Virus record (IMG/VR): IMGVR_UViG_3300008886_000002
Span: 1-62,873 of that record
Reading direction: 5' to 3' (one strand)
From: a virus
Length of the DNA stretch: 62,873 nt
Positions 34,718-43,124 of the stretch are shown here, piece after piece; the first letter of the stretch is position 1; every line of letters starts with the position of its first letter. A model generated the notes under the pieces. That model did not search any database. It saw nothing but the letters and a program-made list of their open reading frames with translations, and was not told the DNA's origin. The translations under genes were made by a program, and so were the position numbers.

Positions 34718-34745
34718 AGATGACAATCAGCAACGGAGGCCGACC

Positions 34746-34988
34746 ATGACCCGCGGATTCGCGATCAAGATGGGCCGCGTCAAGCGCGAGATGAAGAAGC
34801 GCAACATCCCCGACTACGCCGCGCTCTCCCGCGACATCGGCGTCAACAAAAGCACCACCTGGCGAGTGATGAACGGCCACGCCCGTCCCGGGCCGGACTT
34901 TGTCAACGCCCTGCTGCGCGCGTGGGACATGGAGTTCCACGACCTGTTCGACGACCCGCGCAAGACGCGACCCGCCAAAGCGGCCTAA
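34746..34988 (+). CDS. Cro-like HTH regulator
   Basis: ggagg SD. YAALSRDIGVNKSTTWRVMNG helix-turn-helix. Divergent from the repressor. Confidence 0.7.
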   Translation: MTRGFAIKMGRVKREMKKRNIPDYAALSRDIGVNKSTTWRVMNGHARPGPDFVNALLRAWDMEFHDLFDDPRKTRPAKAA

Positions 34989-35048
34989 CCAAAACGGCCC
35001 CCAACCCGGACAGGGGTTGGAGGCCACCCGACAGAGAGGAATAGCTCC

Positions 35049-35882
35049 GTGTCAGACCAACAGTTTAACAACCTCGACAGAGGGACCGACCTCACCGTTC
35101 TGTCCGCAAGAGCTGAGCGCGATCAGCTCGCCGCGCGCACCGACGTGCTGGACCGAGTCGGCATCCTTCGCACGCTTCCCGACGACCTCCACGTGCAGAC
35201 CGCCGAAGTCGCCACTTTCTACAGGGTCGACCCCGGCACCATCCGCCAGGTCGTCAACCGCAACCGCGAAGAACTCGACGACGACGGCTACACCGTCACC
35301 ACCCGAGCAGACTTCGAGGCGAGTTACGGGATGTCACTCCCCTCCTCGGCCAGCACCGTGGCTCTGTTCCCGCGCCGCGCCGTCCTCCGCATCGGAATGC
35401 TGCTCCGTGATTCACCCGTCGCCCGCGCTGTCCGAGACATGCTGCTCGACGTTGAGGCCGACACGGCACCGGAGATGTTCGTCGTTCCGAGGACGCTCCC
35501 CGAAGCTCTGCGGGCTTACGCCGCCGAAGTCGAGTCCCACGAACTGACGAAGGCTCGCAACGCCGAATTGGAGCCCAAGGCCGAATTGGCCGACGACTAC
35601 CTCATCGCCCAGGGCGGCGCCCGCCTCGTCCGGGAAGTCGCGAAGACCTTCGGCATGAAGGAACGCGACCTCCGCCAGTTTCTCATCGACGAGAAGCTGA
35701 TCTTCGTCCGCCATTCCCCATGCGGGGAAATCCAGTACGACCACTACGCCGGCTACGCCCACTACTTCCTGCCGCGGGAGAAGGTCGTGCAGCACCAGTT
35801 CGGCTCGTGCTCTCACTACACGTTGATGATCCTGCCCCGAGGTGTGGAACTCCTGTCGAGGCGACTTCGGAGGTCCGCATGA
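35049..35882 (+). CDS. Putative antirepressor (ANT/KilAC-like C-terminal region)
   Basis: 277 aa directly after cro. C-terminal LVREVAKTFGMKERDLRQFLIDEKLIF pattern. Confidence 0.5.
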   Translation: MSDQQFNNLDRGTDLTVLSARAERDQLAARTDVLDRVGILRTLPDDLHVQTAEVATFYRVDPGTIRQVVNRNREELDDDGYTVTTRADFEASYGMSLPSSASTVALFPRRAVLRIGMLLRDSPVARAVRDMLLDVEADTAPEMFVVPRTLPEALRAYAAEVESHELTKARNAELEPKAELADDYLIAQGGARLVREVAKTFGMKERDLRQFLIDEKLIFVRHSPCGEIQYDHYAGYAHYFLPREKVVQHQFGSCSHYTLMILPRGVELLSRRLRRSA

Positions 35883-36124
35883 AGCGCGGGCATCGGCTGG
35901 AGGAGTTGGTGGATGCCGGCCTGGCGCCATCGGTCCGGTTCCTGCAGATGCGTTTGCGGTCCGGTGCAATCCCCGGCCGCAAGGTGGGGAGGGTCTGGGT
36001 GATGACCGACGCCGACGTCGAGGCGTACTTGGAATCGGTGAAAAACGACGCACCGCAGAGGTCGAACGTGGTGTCGCCGTCGTTCGGATTGTCGGCGGCG
36101 TCTGCGCGGAGGAGGTCGGCATGA
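35879..36124 (+). CDS. Excisionase-like MerR/Xis-type HTH protein
   Basis: ATGA overlap. FLQMRLRSGAIPGRKVGRVWVMTDADVEAYL is typical of actinophage Xis/HTH proteins. Confidence 0.55.
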   Translation: MKRGHRLEELVDAGLAPSVRFLQMRLRSGAIPGRKVGRVWVMTDADVEAYLESVKNDAPQRSNVVSPSFGLSAASARRRSA

Positions 36125-36285
36125 GTGATGTGCATGCTTTGTGGTTGTTGTTTGGTGCGTTGCTACTGGTGCAGTTCGGGTTGGCGTTGGTGAAGTCGAA
36201 GCAGCGCATTGACGGGGATGTTGAGTATTTGCGGTCGTTGCCGTCGCCGCCGCCGTTGTTCGACGACGAAGGACTCCTCCGATGA
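36121..36285 (+). CDS. Small membrane protein (54 aa)
   Basis: ATGA overlap. Hydrophobic span LWLLFGALLLVQFGLALV. Confidence 0.55.
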   Translation: MSDVHALWLLFGALLLVQFGLALVKSKQRIDGDVEYLRSLPSPPPLFDDEGLLR

Positions 36286-36680
36286 ACGGCGCACGTACCC
36301 TTCGCATTGTCTGTCCCCGGGAGTGCGGCAAGGTGCTCGCCATCCAGGAGCCAGGCGGGTCGCCATTCGGTGGTAAGCCGCCGCATCAGGACCCGCTGTC
36401 GCGCTGGGTTCGCCGTCGAGTCGTCCGCGTCCGAGGCTGGATTCACGACTACAAGTACGGGGCGCACATCAAGGAGGCGTTGCTTTACCACTACTTGTTT
36501 CAGTGCTCGCAGGGTCTAGCTGCCAATGAAGACTGCGGGGCGGACTGCCCGTACTGCACCGAGTCGGAATATCGCTGCGACCGCGAAATGGGTCACGAAG
36601 GCGATCACGAAGAGCACGACGAGCAGGACCGGTTGTTGCACAACTGGCGAAACGAGACTGTCGTGGAGGCATCTCGATGA
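36282..36680 (+). CDS. Hypothetical protein
   Basis: 132-aa track ORF, ATGA-coupled at both ends. Confidence 0.65.
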   Translation: MNGARTLRIVCPRECGKVLAIQEPGGSPFGGKPPHQDPLSRWVRRRVVRVRGWIHDYKYGAHIKEALLYHYLFQCSQGLAANEDCGADCPYCTESEYRCDREMGHEGDHEEHDEQDRLLHNWRNETVVEASR

Positions 36681-37411
36681 CCCCGTCGCGTTTCCTGTCC
36701 GCTGCTGAGTTTGCTTGTAAGACGGTGCGTTCAATCGTGCGGGGTTCTGGTGCCCCAGTGCTACCCCCCCCGAATCATCCCGGCGCGGAGGCTCTTACGG
36801 ATAAAGAGGCTGAGGATGAGGTTTTGGCTCCTTGGTGGGTTCAGGCTGCGGTGGATGCGAAGGCTCGGGCGGAAACGCCGTTGTCCGCCACCTTCGACGA
36901 CGAACCGCCGGCCAAGTGCACCCATTCGTACGGCGACCTCGTCATGGACCCCGACACCGAGACAGGCACATGCAAGTGTGGGGTCAAGTTCCTGCTCAAA
37001 GTGTTTGGTCATGTAGCGGACGCGCCCTCGCCTTTCGCCGCTGCAGTTTCTGATGAAGTGCCGCGATGCACTAACTGCGATAAACGTCTCGGCGAGATAG
37101 CCGCATCCAGCGAGATCTTCCCCGGTAGTTTCTGCTCTGCCCGCTGCGTGTCGGTCGCCGAAGTGCGACAAGCGTTGAAGGATTCGCGCACCCAGTCTCC
37201 TGCACATTGCGCTCCTGCTACCGGCGCCCGTGCGGTTGAGGAAACGCCGGGAGGGTTGCCCCCCAACCCTCCCGGCGTGCAACCCCGATGCAAGTTCTGC
37301 CAGCAACAGATTTCACAGCTCGAGGACGGGCTGTGGTTCCACCTGGGGCGCAACCTGCTCCGTTGCGTCGACATCCCCGACTTCCCACCGACGTACGCGC
37401 AACCGGAGTGA
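36677..37411 (+). CDS. Hypothetical Cys-containing protein
   Basis: 244-aa track ORF, ATGA-coupled. Confidence 0.65.
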   Translation: MTPSRFLSAAEFACKTVRSIVRGSGAPVLPPPNHPGAEALTDKEAEDEVLAPWWVQAAVDAKARAETPLSATFDDEPPAKCTHSYGDLVMDPDTETGTCKCGVKFLLKVFGHVADAPSPFAAAVSDEVPRCTNCDKRLGEIAASSEIFPGSFCSARCVSVAEVRQALKDSRTQSPAHCAPATGARAVEETPGGLPPNPPGVQPRCKFCQQQISQLEDGLWFHLGRNLLRCVDIPDFPPTYAQPE

Positions 37412-37473
37412 AAAAGCGGCGCGGCCGGGGCAAGCCGACCGCGCCAGTAACACCAACAGAAAGGAAAGTTCCG

Positions 37474-37983
37474 TTGAGTACTGAGACAACTGTAGAGCAT
37501 GAAACATGGCGTCCTGTTGTAGGCCACGAATCCTCGTATGAGGTATCCGACCTCGGCCGCGTGCGATCTGTTGACCGGACCATCACCGATAGTCGGGGCA
37601 GATCTAGAAGGTTTTTGGGCCGAATTCTGAAGCCAGCAACAGACAGGGGTGGGTACCTATACGTCATTCTAAGTCCGGGAAAAAATCATGCCCCCGTTCA
37701 CAGACTAGTCCTAGGGGCTTTCGTGGGTGCTCGACCACCTGGGCTAGTTTGCCGGCACGGGAATGGAGATTGCCGGGACAACCGCATAATTAACTTGAGC
37801 TACAGCACTCATTCGGTGAACATCCGCGACAAGCGCGCGCATGGAACCGACCACAACATCAACAAAACGCACTGCCCGCAGGGCCATCCATACTTCGGCG
37901 AAAACCTTTACATCAGCCCCGCGCGACGTCGTTCGTGTAGGACGTGCACTCGGGCCAATAAGGCTCAGCAGGTGGCGTCATGA
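37474..37983 (+). CDS. HNH homing endonuclease (NUMOD4 + HNH_3 type)
   Basis: TTG start after the aaaggaaa SD. Contains WRPVVGHESSYEVSDLGRVRS, VHRLVLGAFVG...CRHGNGDCRDNRIINL and HCPQGH...CRTC. Confidence 0.85.
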   Translation: MSTETTVEHETWRPVVGHESSYEVSDLGRVRSVDRTITDSRGRSRRFLGRILKPATDRGGYLYVILSPGKNHAPVHRLVLGAFVGARPPGLVCRHGNGDCRDNRIINLSYSTHSVNIRDKRAHGTDHNINKTHCPQGHPYFGENLYISPARRRSCRTCTRANKAQQVAS

Positions 37984-38324
37984 CACGCCGTGACATCCTC
38001 CCCATCGCGAGTCTCATCGCATTCTTCACCGCTGTGGTGTTCGCCGCGATGGTATTGTCCGCGCCCGCCAAAGCTGACCCCACCGACCGGTACACCGCCG
38101 TTGAGGCACCAGTCATCTGCCAAGCCCTGACGGACAACCCGTCGCTGACGACCGTCACTACCCTGTTCCGGGCCATCATCACCGACACCGGGTTCAGCGT
38201 CGAGGACACCGCGAAAGTCGTTGTGACGTCGGTGATGGTGTGGTGCCCGGGAAACAAGGTTGTGTTGGACAGGTTCGTGGACGTGTACGGCGGGCCCGAG
38301 GTGGGGGAGCTGCACCGAGCATGA
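37980..38324 (+). CDS. Secreted or membrane-anchored protein, DUF732-like
   Basis: Signal-like N-terminus IASLIAFFTAVVFAAMVLSAPAKA, followed by a Cys pair (VICQAL...VWCPG). Confidence 0.6.
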   Translation: MTRRDILPIASLIAFFTAVVFAAMVLSAPAKADPTDRYTAVEAPVICQALTDNPSLTTVTTLFRAIITDTGFSVEDTAKVVVTSVMVWCPGNKVVLDRFVDVYGGPEVGELHRA

Positions 38325-38587
38325 AGCGCGCAGTGGATTACAGCTATGACACTGACTTGGACAGGGTGGCTTCCATCGCCATCGACCTTGCCGTGAGGGT
38401 ACGGGAGGAAGACCCGCGACGGTTGTTCGACGAGTTCGCCAACCTGTGTGAGCGGCACCCCGTGAAGGCGGCGCAACTGTTGTCGTGCTTCGCGGCGTTC
38501 ATGGACCCCGACACCACTACTGGTGTGTTGACGCGACGTGTGCAGGCCATCACTGATGCCCGCCTCGGGTTGAGGAGGTCGGCGTGA
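38321..38587 (+). CDS. Hypothetical protein (88 aa)
   Basis: ATGA overlap. In-frame tail of track ORF 38240. Confidence 0.6.
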   Translation: MKRAVDYSYDTDLDRVASIAIDLAVRVREEDPRRLFDEFANLCERHPVKAAQLLSCFAAFMDPDTTTGVLTRRVQAITDARLGLRRSA

Positions 38588-38844
38588 GTGACTCCAGGAT
38601 CACACAGTTGGTCGCGGAAGTCGCCGCTGCGGTGGAACTTGCGACCAACGCCCGCAACACCATCCACGAACTGCTGGGTGAGGACCCCGCGTTTGCGTTG
38701 ACGGTGCAAGCCGCGTTGACATCAACGCGGAAAGAACTGTACCGCGGTGAACTCGCCCTGACGAGCGCGTTGAGGAAGGCCCGCGACGCCGACGAATTCG
38801 AAAACTGGGGCAGCCAACACAACTCCAAGCACCTGACGCAATGA
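38584..38844 (+). CDS. Hypothetical protein (86 aa)
   Basis: GTGA overlap. Helical composition. Confidence 0.65.
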   Translation: MSDSRITQLVAEVAAAVELATNARNTIHELLGEDPAFALTVQAALTSTRKELYRGELALTSALRKARDADEFENWGSQHNSKHLTQ

Positions 38845-38869
38845 GTAATTATCGGCGAGAGGAATCGCG

Positions 38870-39181
38870 ATGAAGTACCCGACCGACATCGTGAACGACG
38901 AGGGCTGGGGCCGCCTGCACCAGGGCCACAATCTGACACTCGACGTGCTTGAGCGTGACATGGTCGACTGCCACGGCTACGCGGCCGAGGGGCAGGTCAT
39001 GCACATCGAAGAGGTGCACTTTCGCTACGTCCCACGCGTGAAGTGGTGCGAACGCCTCGATTGGCCGTGTGATGACAACGGCGTTGATTGGCACTCGCAT
39101 TGGGTTGCGGTCCAGCCGGGCGACGCCACCACGGCTTTCACGATGGTGCACCGGCGACAAGAGCGAGAGGCGCGGTTGTGA
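38870..39181 (+). CDS. Hypothetical protein (103 aa)
   Basis: Track ORF with a gagagga SD. Confidence 0.65.
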   Translation: MKYPTDIVNDEGWGRLHQGHNLTLDVLERDMVDCHGYAAEGQVMHIEEVHFRYVPRVKWCERLDWPCDDNGVDWHSHWVAVQPGDATTAFTMVHRRQEREARL

Positions 39182-39315
39182 GGTGCTACGACTGCGGCCA
39201 TGACATCCATGGGTCCGAGCAATGCGAGCTTTGCGACTGCCCCGACTGGCAGGCCACACAACGCCTCGATGCGAAGCTGCGCGAGCGCCCACGCAAACCG
39301 TTGGAACTGATGTAA
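39178..39315 (+). CDS. Small zinc-binding protein (45 aa)
   Basis: GTGA overlap. Contains CYDCGH...CELCDC. Confidence 0.5.
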   Translation: MRCYDCGHDIHGSEQCELCDCPDWQATQRLDAKLRERPRKPLELM

Positions 39316-39542
39316 GGGGGCACGAACTTCGGATGTCACTGCCCAGATTGCAGTTTGGCCTACAGCCAGTATCTATCGAGAAGGAAGTCGGCATGACACT
39401 TCACGCTTATCTGTAACGAACCGGACGGACGCGTCCATCGCCAACGGTCCCAACCAATTACACATGGGTAGGGCGTGTCCGGCTTCAGCTGATCAGCTTC
39501 CCATGTGCACGACGAAGGAACTCAAAGTGAGGAGAAGTGAAA

Positions 39543-39821
39543 ATGGCGGATCAGTGCACAACGTGCGGTGAAGATATCCCAGAGGGCGAGGCGGAGTTTG
39601 ACCTCGATGGCGGTCGGATTGGCCTCCCGCATCACGCGGTCTGCTTATCTATGCCCGAATCCCTGAAGGCCAAGCTGTCGCGTTGCCCTGTGTGCGGGCA
39701 CATGGAGGGTTCGCACATGAACGTGACCGCGTTCGATGAGTCCACTGGAAAGATCCGAGCAGTACACGCCGAGTGCAGTTGCGGATGCCGGTACTACCTG
39801 ATGCCACGCGGCGTCGGCTGA
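39543..39821 (+). CDS. Zinc-ribbon protein (92 aa)
   Basis: gaggag SD before the ATG. Contains CTTCG...CPVCGH...CSCGC. Confidence 0.6.
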   Translation: MADQCTTCGEDIPEGEAEFDLDGGRIGLPHHAVCLSMPESLKAKLSRCPVCGHMEGSHMNVTAFDESTGKIRAVHAECSCGCRYYLMPRGVG

Positions 39822-39843
39822 TGCGAACTCACGTCGGTTACAC

Positions 39844-39935
39844 CGTTACAGATAACAGTGTCTCCAAGGGACATTCAGTGGTGTCGATACCACGTCGTAC
39901 ACAGTCGTACACACCTCCGGAGTCGTTACAGATAA
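39844..39935. repeat. Iteron-like direct repeats in a lower-GC spacer
   Basis: CGTTACAGATAA at 39844 and 39924. Tandem GTCGTACACA at 39894 and 39904. The copies fall in different reading frames. Confidence 0.7.
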
Positions 39936-39993
39936 TCGACAAGGGTGTGAAACCACCACCCTCCCCGCAAACCTCCAAAGACCGTTCTAAACC

Positions 39994-40197
39994 ATGGGTG
40001 CTCATAAGGTGACAACGCGAATGTACTTCTGCGACCACTGCCGCGAGAAGGCGACATACAGGAGCGATTCGGCTGCTGAAATGGACGGTTGGACCGTGGT
40101 GAAATTCATTGGCGGCGGTGAATATGCGCTGTGCCGTGTCGATGCCGGTCGGGTTCGCGCATTCCTTCGTGGCGACGCTGTGAAGGCTGACCTCTGA
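39994..40197 (+). CDS. Hypothetical protein (67 aa)
   Basis: Track ORF. Contains CDHC...C. Confidence 0.6.
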   Translation: MGAHKVTTRMYFCDHCREKATYRSDSAAEMDGWTVVKFIGGGEYALCRVDAGRVRAFLRGDAVKADL

Positions 40198-40367
40198 TGA
40201 CGATGCGTGTGGTGGAGTGCGCCCGGTGCGGGGAGGCGCAGCGGTTCGATGCGTGGCCGTATGACGGTGAGGACTCCGATGAGTATCTGGATCAGGCGAT
40301 TCGGGCGGAGGAGTGGACTGACCGTGACGGTGACTTCTACTGCCCCGACTGCTCGGAGAAGTCATGA
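40197..40367 (+). CDS. Zinc-ribbon protein (56 aa)
   Basis: TGATG coupling. Contains CARCG...CPDC. Read directly. Confidence 0.5.
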   Translation: MTMRVVECARCGEAQRFDAWPYDGEDSDEYLDQAIRAEEWTDRDGDFYCPDCSEKS

Positions 40368-40510
40368 CGGGGTCCCTGCCGGTTCGGGTGTTGGCCGCTG
40401 CCGCTGTTCTCGAGGAGTTGCAGGCCGACCCCGTCACATTCCGGGACTCGTATTCACCGCAAGACCTTCGGAACATCATCCACATGTGGGAGGGCAGCAA
40501 TGAACGATGA
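40364..40510 (+). CDS. Hypothetical protein (48 aa)
   Basis: ATGA overlap. Read directly. Confidence 0.45.
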   Translation: MTGSLPVRVLAAAAVLEELQADPVTFRDSYSPQDLRNIIHMWEGSNER

Positions 40511-40676
40511 CCAGTGCCTCGACCATGCCCTGTTGGGTGGGCGTTGCGAACTCACCGTTGGTCATGGCGGCGCGCATCAAAAAACGTATGAGGGGGGTTA
40601 TGTGGCCCGGTGGGATGACGCGTCGAAGGCCCGGATGGTGGCCTACGTCAACAAGTTCGAAGCTGGCGGCAACTAA
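40500..40676 (+). CDS. Hypothetical protein (58 aa)
   Basis: 11-nt overlap upstream and TAATG coupling to the ATPase gene. Preferred over Arg-rich track ORF 40507. Confidence 0.45.
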   Translation: MNDDQCLDHALLGGRCELTVGHGGAHQKTYEGGYVARWDDASKARMVAYVNKFEAGGN

Positions 40677-41686
40677 TGGCGCTGAAGACCAGGACACCGA
40701 CCGGCGTCCCGAACTGGCCGATGATCCTCATTGAAGGCCCCGACTCGGTGGGCAAGTCCTACCAAGCAGCCCAATTCACCGGCTCAGGCCGCACAGGGCA
40801 GGCGTACTGGATGGACCTGGGGGAAGGTGCCGCAGACGAGTACATCAACGTCCCCGGGGCCGATTACCTGATTCTTGACCATGATGGTTCGTGGCAGGAC
40901 ATCTGCGACCAGGTTCGGGAAGCAACGCAAGCCGCTGCAGGGTCGGATAAGCCGGCGGTGCTGGTCGTGGATTCCATGTCGAACTTGTGGGACATGCTCA
41001 AAGCGTGGTTGAACACCCGAGCGAGGTCGTCGCGTAACGGGAAGAAGCTGTTGGCTGCGGATCCGGACGCGGAAATCAAGCCCGCACCCAACTTGTGGAA
41101 CGACGCCAACGATCGTCACCATCAATTCCTGAACCTGTTGTCCCGCTTCCCTGGAATCGTGATTCTCACGGCGAAGGGTAAGGAAACGATGGCCGTGGAC
41201 GATGCCGGCAGACCCATCCCCAACGCCAAGGACTACTCGGTGGAGGCGAACAAGAACCTCCCGTTCCGGGTCAACGCCCACGTCCGACTGTCTAGGGACT
41301 CAGCCCCCATGGTGGTGTCGTTCCGGTCCGCGACGAACGGGATGAGACCCGGTGTCGACCCACCACAGAAGTACCCGGACTTCACGTTGGAGCATTTGGT
41401 GTTCGACGTGATGGGGTTGAAGACAGCACAAACCCGCGACGTCACACCGTTGGTCAGCGACGAGAAAGCCCAAGCCGACCAAGCCAGGGCACTTCTGGGC
41501 GCTTTCATCCGTGAGCACGGCATCAACTACAAGCAGTTGTCGGAGCGGTTCTTCCGGGAGACGGATTCCTCGTTGGAGGACACGACGGATGCTCAGGCTG
41601 TGCGGAACCTACTCGATGATTTGCGAACGGATTACGCGCAGCCGTCGGAGCCTGTAGAGGCAGTGCAAGGGGCACTGAATGTCTGA
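40676..41686 (+). CDS. RecA-fold ATPase (AAA_24/Sak4-like recombination or replication protein)
   Basis: Walker A ILIEGPDSVGKS and Walker B-like AVLVVDSMSNLW. 336 aa. Confidence 0.7.
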   Translation: MALKTRTPTGVPNWPMILIEGPDSVGKSYQAAQFTGSGRTGQAYWMDLGEGAADEYINVPGADYLILDHDGSWQDICDQVREATQAAAGSDKPAVLVVDSMSNLWDMLKAWLNTRARSSRNGKKLLAADPDAEIKPAPNLWNDANDRHHQFLNLLSRFPGIVILTAKGKETMAVDDAGRPIPNAKDYSVEANKNLPFRVNAHVRLSRDSAPMVVSFRSATNGMRPGVDPPQKYPDFTLEHLVFDVMGLKTAQTRDVTPLVSDEKAQADQARALLGAFIREHGINYKQLSERFFRETDSSLEDTTDAQAVRNLLDDLRTDYAQPSEPVEAVQGALNV

Positions 41687-41840
41687 CGCCGCGCGGTACC
41701 GAATCAGTGCGTTGCACTGCGCTGTATGTGATCACCACTTCACGGACCACAAGAACGGCGGGGAGTGCACCACACGACCTAACGGAAGTTGGTGCCGCTG
41801 TTCTTCATACTGCTCACCGCGACCGGTGGAGGATGCATGA
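41679..41840 (+). CDS. Cys-rich protein (53 aa)
   Basis: 8-nt overlap upstream and ATGA downstream. Read directly. Confidence 0.45.
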   Translation: MSDAARYRISALHCAVCDHHFTDHKNGGECTTRPNGSWCRCSSYCSPRPVEDA

Positions 41841-42043
41841 CCCGTACAGCACCCACCGATCCAACCAACCCTGATGATCCTGAAGTGAAGGTGGCGTTGA
41901 CGTACAGGTGCCGCATGAGCATGTGCGGGGCGCTGCCCGGGGAGTACTGCAAGGGCTTCGACGGGGGTCCGTTACCTACCGGTCGAATCACACACCACTT
42001 CCGGCTGGATAAAGCCGTCAAGGATGGGGAGGCGGGTAGGTGA
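41837..42043 (+). CDS. Hypothetical protein (68 aa)
   Basis: ATGA overlap upstream and GTGA downstream. Confidence 0.55.
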   Translation: MTRTAPTDPTNPDDPEVKVALTYRCRMSMCGALPGEYCKGFDGGPLPTGRITHHFRLDKAVKDGEAGR

Positions 42044-42399
42044 GCCGTATCCCAGACAAAGTGCGCAAAGCGTTGCACAAGCGAGCCGAAATCAACGACT
42101 TCCCGTGCTGCGAAATCTGTGGTTCCCCGTACGCCAACAACGCTCACCACCGTAGGGGGCAGGGGCAGGGCGGACCCAACGCCCTGTCCAATCTGATGCT
42201 TCTGTGCGGGTCGGGGACTACCGGATGCCACGGCTATGTGACCACCCACCCGGGGGCCGCTGTAAGGAACGGCTGGACCATCCAGGGCACCGAGGAGGAA
42301 CCGTGGCAGGTGGCGGTCTGGTACCGGCGTGAGCAGAAGGTGAATCTCTACGACGACGGGTCTTTGGTACCCGCTGATTGGGGAGGTGAAGCAGCGTGA
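42040..42399 (+). CDS. HNH endonuclease
   Basis: CCEICGSPYANNAHHRRG...NLMLLCGSGTTGCHG. Confidence 0.8.
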   Translation: MSRIPDKVRKALHKRAEINDFPCCEICGSPYANNAHHRRGQGQGGPNALSNLMLLCGSGTTGCHGYVTTHPGAAVRNGWTIQGTEEEPWQVAVWYRREQKVNLYDDGSLVPADWGGEAA

Positions 42400-42523
42400 A
42401 AAACGTTGGCGCACATGCTTACACGCCTGTATTTCTGCAGGTAGTTGGCGTAGAATGGAGAAGCCCGGCGACTGCCTCTGACAACAGCCCCGGGAGTGAC
42501 CGTCCCTATGCGAGAGGAACGAT

Positions 42524-42805
42524 GTGACCGATAGTAACCCCCGCCTAACCCTGCCGCCACGGGTGGTACCACATGGCCACGACGAGCGTCGCCAGTTCTT
42601 CCGCGAGCTAGCCCATGTTGTCCACCTTGGGCGCTGCACACGGTGGCCCTACGGGGGATGCACCCGCCATGAAGAGGACGAGTACTTCACCCCCAAGGAC
42701 AACGACATCGCCTCATCGGTCCTCTACTGGTTGGTCCTCATCGAGGAGGACGTCGACATCTTGGGTGACTCTCGGTTCGGTGCTACCCCAGTAGGTGAGC
42801 AATGA
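42524..42805 (+). CDS. Hypothetical protein (93 aa)
   Basis: Track ORF. Preceded by a 124-nt spacer with a TAGAAT -10-like hexamer at 42451. Confidence 0.6.
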   Translation: MTDSNPRLTLPPRVVPHGHDERRQFFRELAHVVHLGRCTRWPYGGCTRHEEDEYFTPKDNDIASSVLYWLVLIEEDVDILGDSRFGATPVGEQ

Positions 42806-42966
42806 GCGCGTACAAGGTCTGTCGAGATTGCGACAGGGTTGGCAGACGGGGCTTCATGCGACACCTGTTGAGGTCTACCGATTCCGACCCCGTGTGGGTG
42901 TGCGCAAGCAAGCGGGCGTGCGATGACCGTCGGTACCGACGGTGGATGTCAGTAGGTGAGCAATGA
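42802..42966 (+). CDS. Cys-containing protein (54 aa)
   Basis: ATGA overlaps at both ends lie within a 20-nt repeated junction, cagtaggtgagcaatgagcg. Confidence 0.5.
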   Translation: MSAYKVCRDCDRVGRRGFMRHLLRSTDSDPVWVCASKRACDDRRYRRWMSVGEQ

Positions 42967-43124
42967 GCGACGAACTGGACGCAATCTCGGCGATGGAGAT
43001 TGACATCGAAATCGCAGACGTCGGAGAGATCTTGCAACGACATGGGGTATCACCCACCGCTGAAATGGCTTTCGAGTTGTGGCACTGGATGGAGATGCTC
43101 AGACGCCGCAGAGGTGATGCCTGA
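42963..43124 (+). CDS. Hypothetical protein (53 aa)
   Basis: ATGA overlap upstream and TGATG downstream. Read directly. Confidence 0.5.
   Translation: MSDELDAISAMEIDIEIADVGEILQRHGVSPTAEMAFELWHWMEMLRRRRGDA

Noticed and set aside
39773-40012. 79-aa plus ORF (or its 63-aa version from ATG 39821) spanning the iteron spacer
   Set aside because: The region is lower in GC, and the DNA repeats recur out of frame with each other. That favours a non-coding role. The TGATG coupling at 39821 keeps this uncertain.
40507-40734. Track ORF 40507..40734 (75 aa)
   Set aside because: Its translation is Arg/Pro/Trp-rich and it overlaps the start of the ATPase gene. The alternative 58-codon frame 40500..40676 is coupled (TAATG) to the ATPase start and reads like a normal protein.
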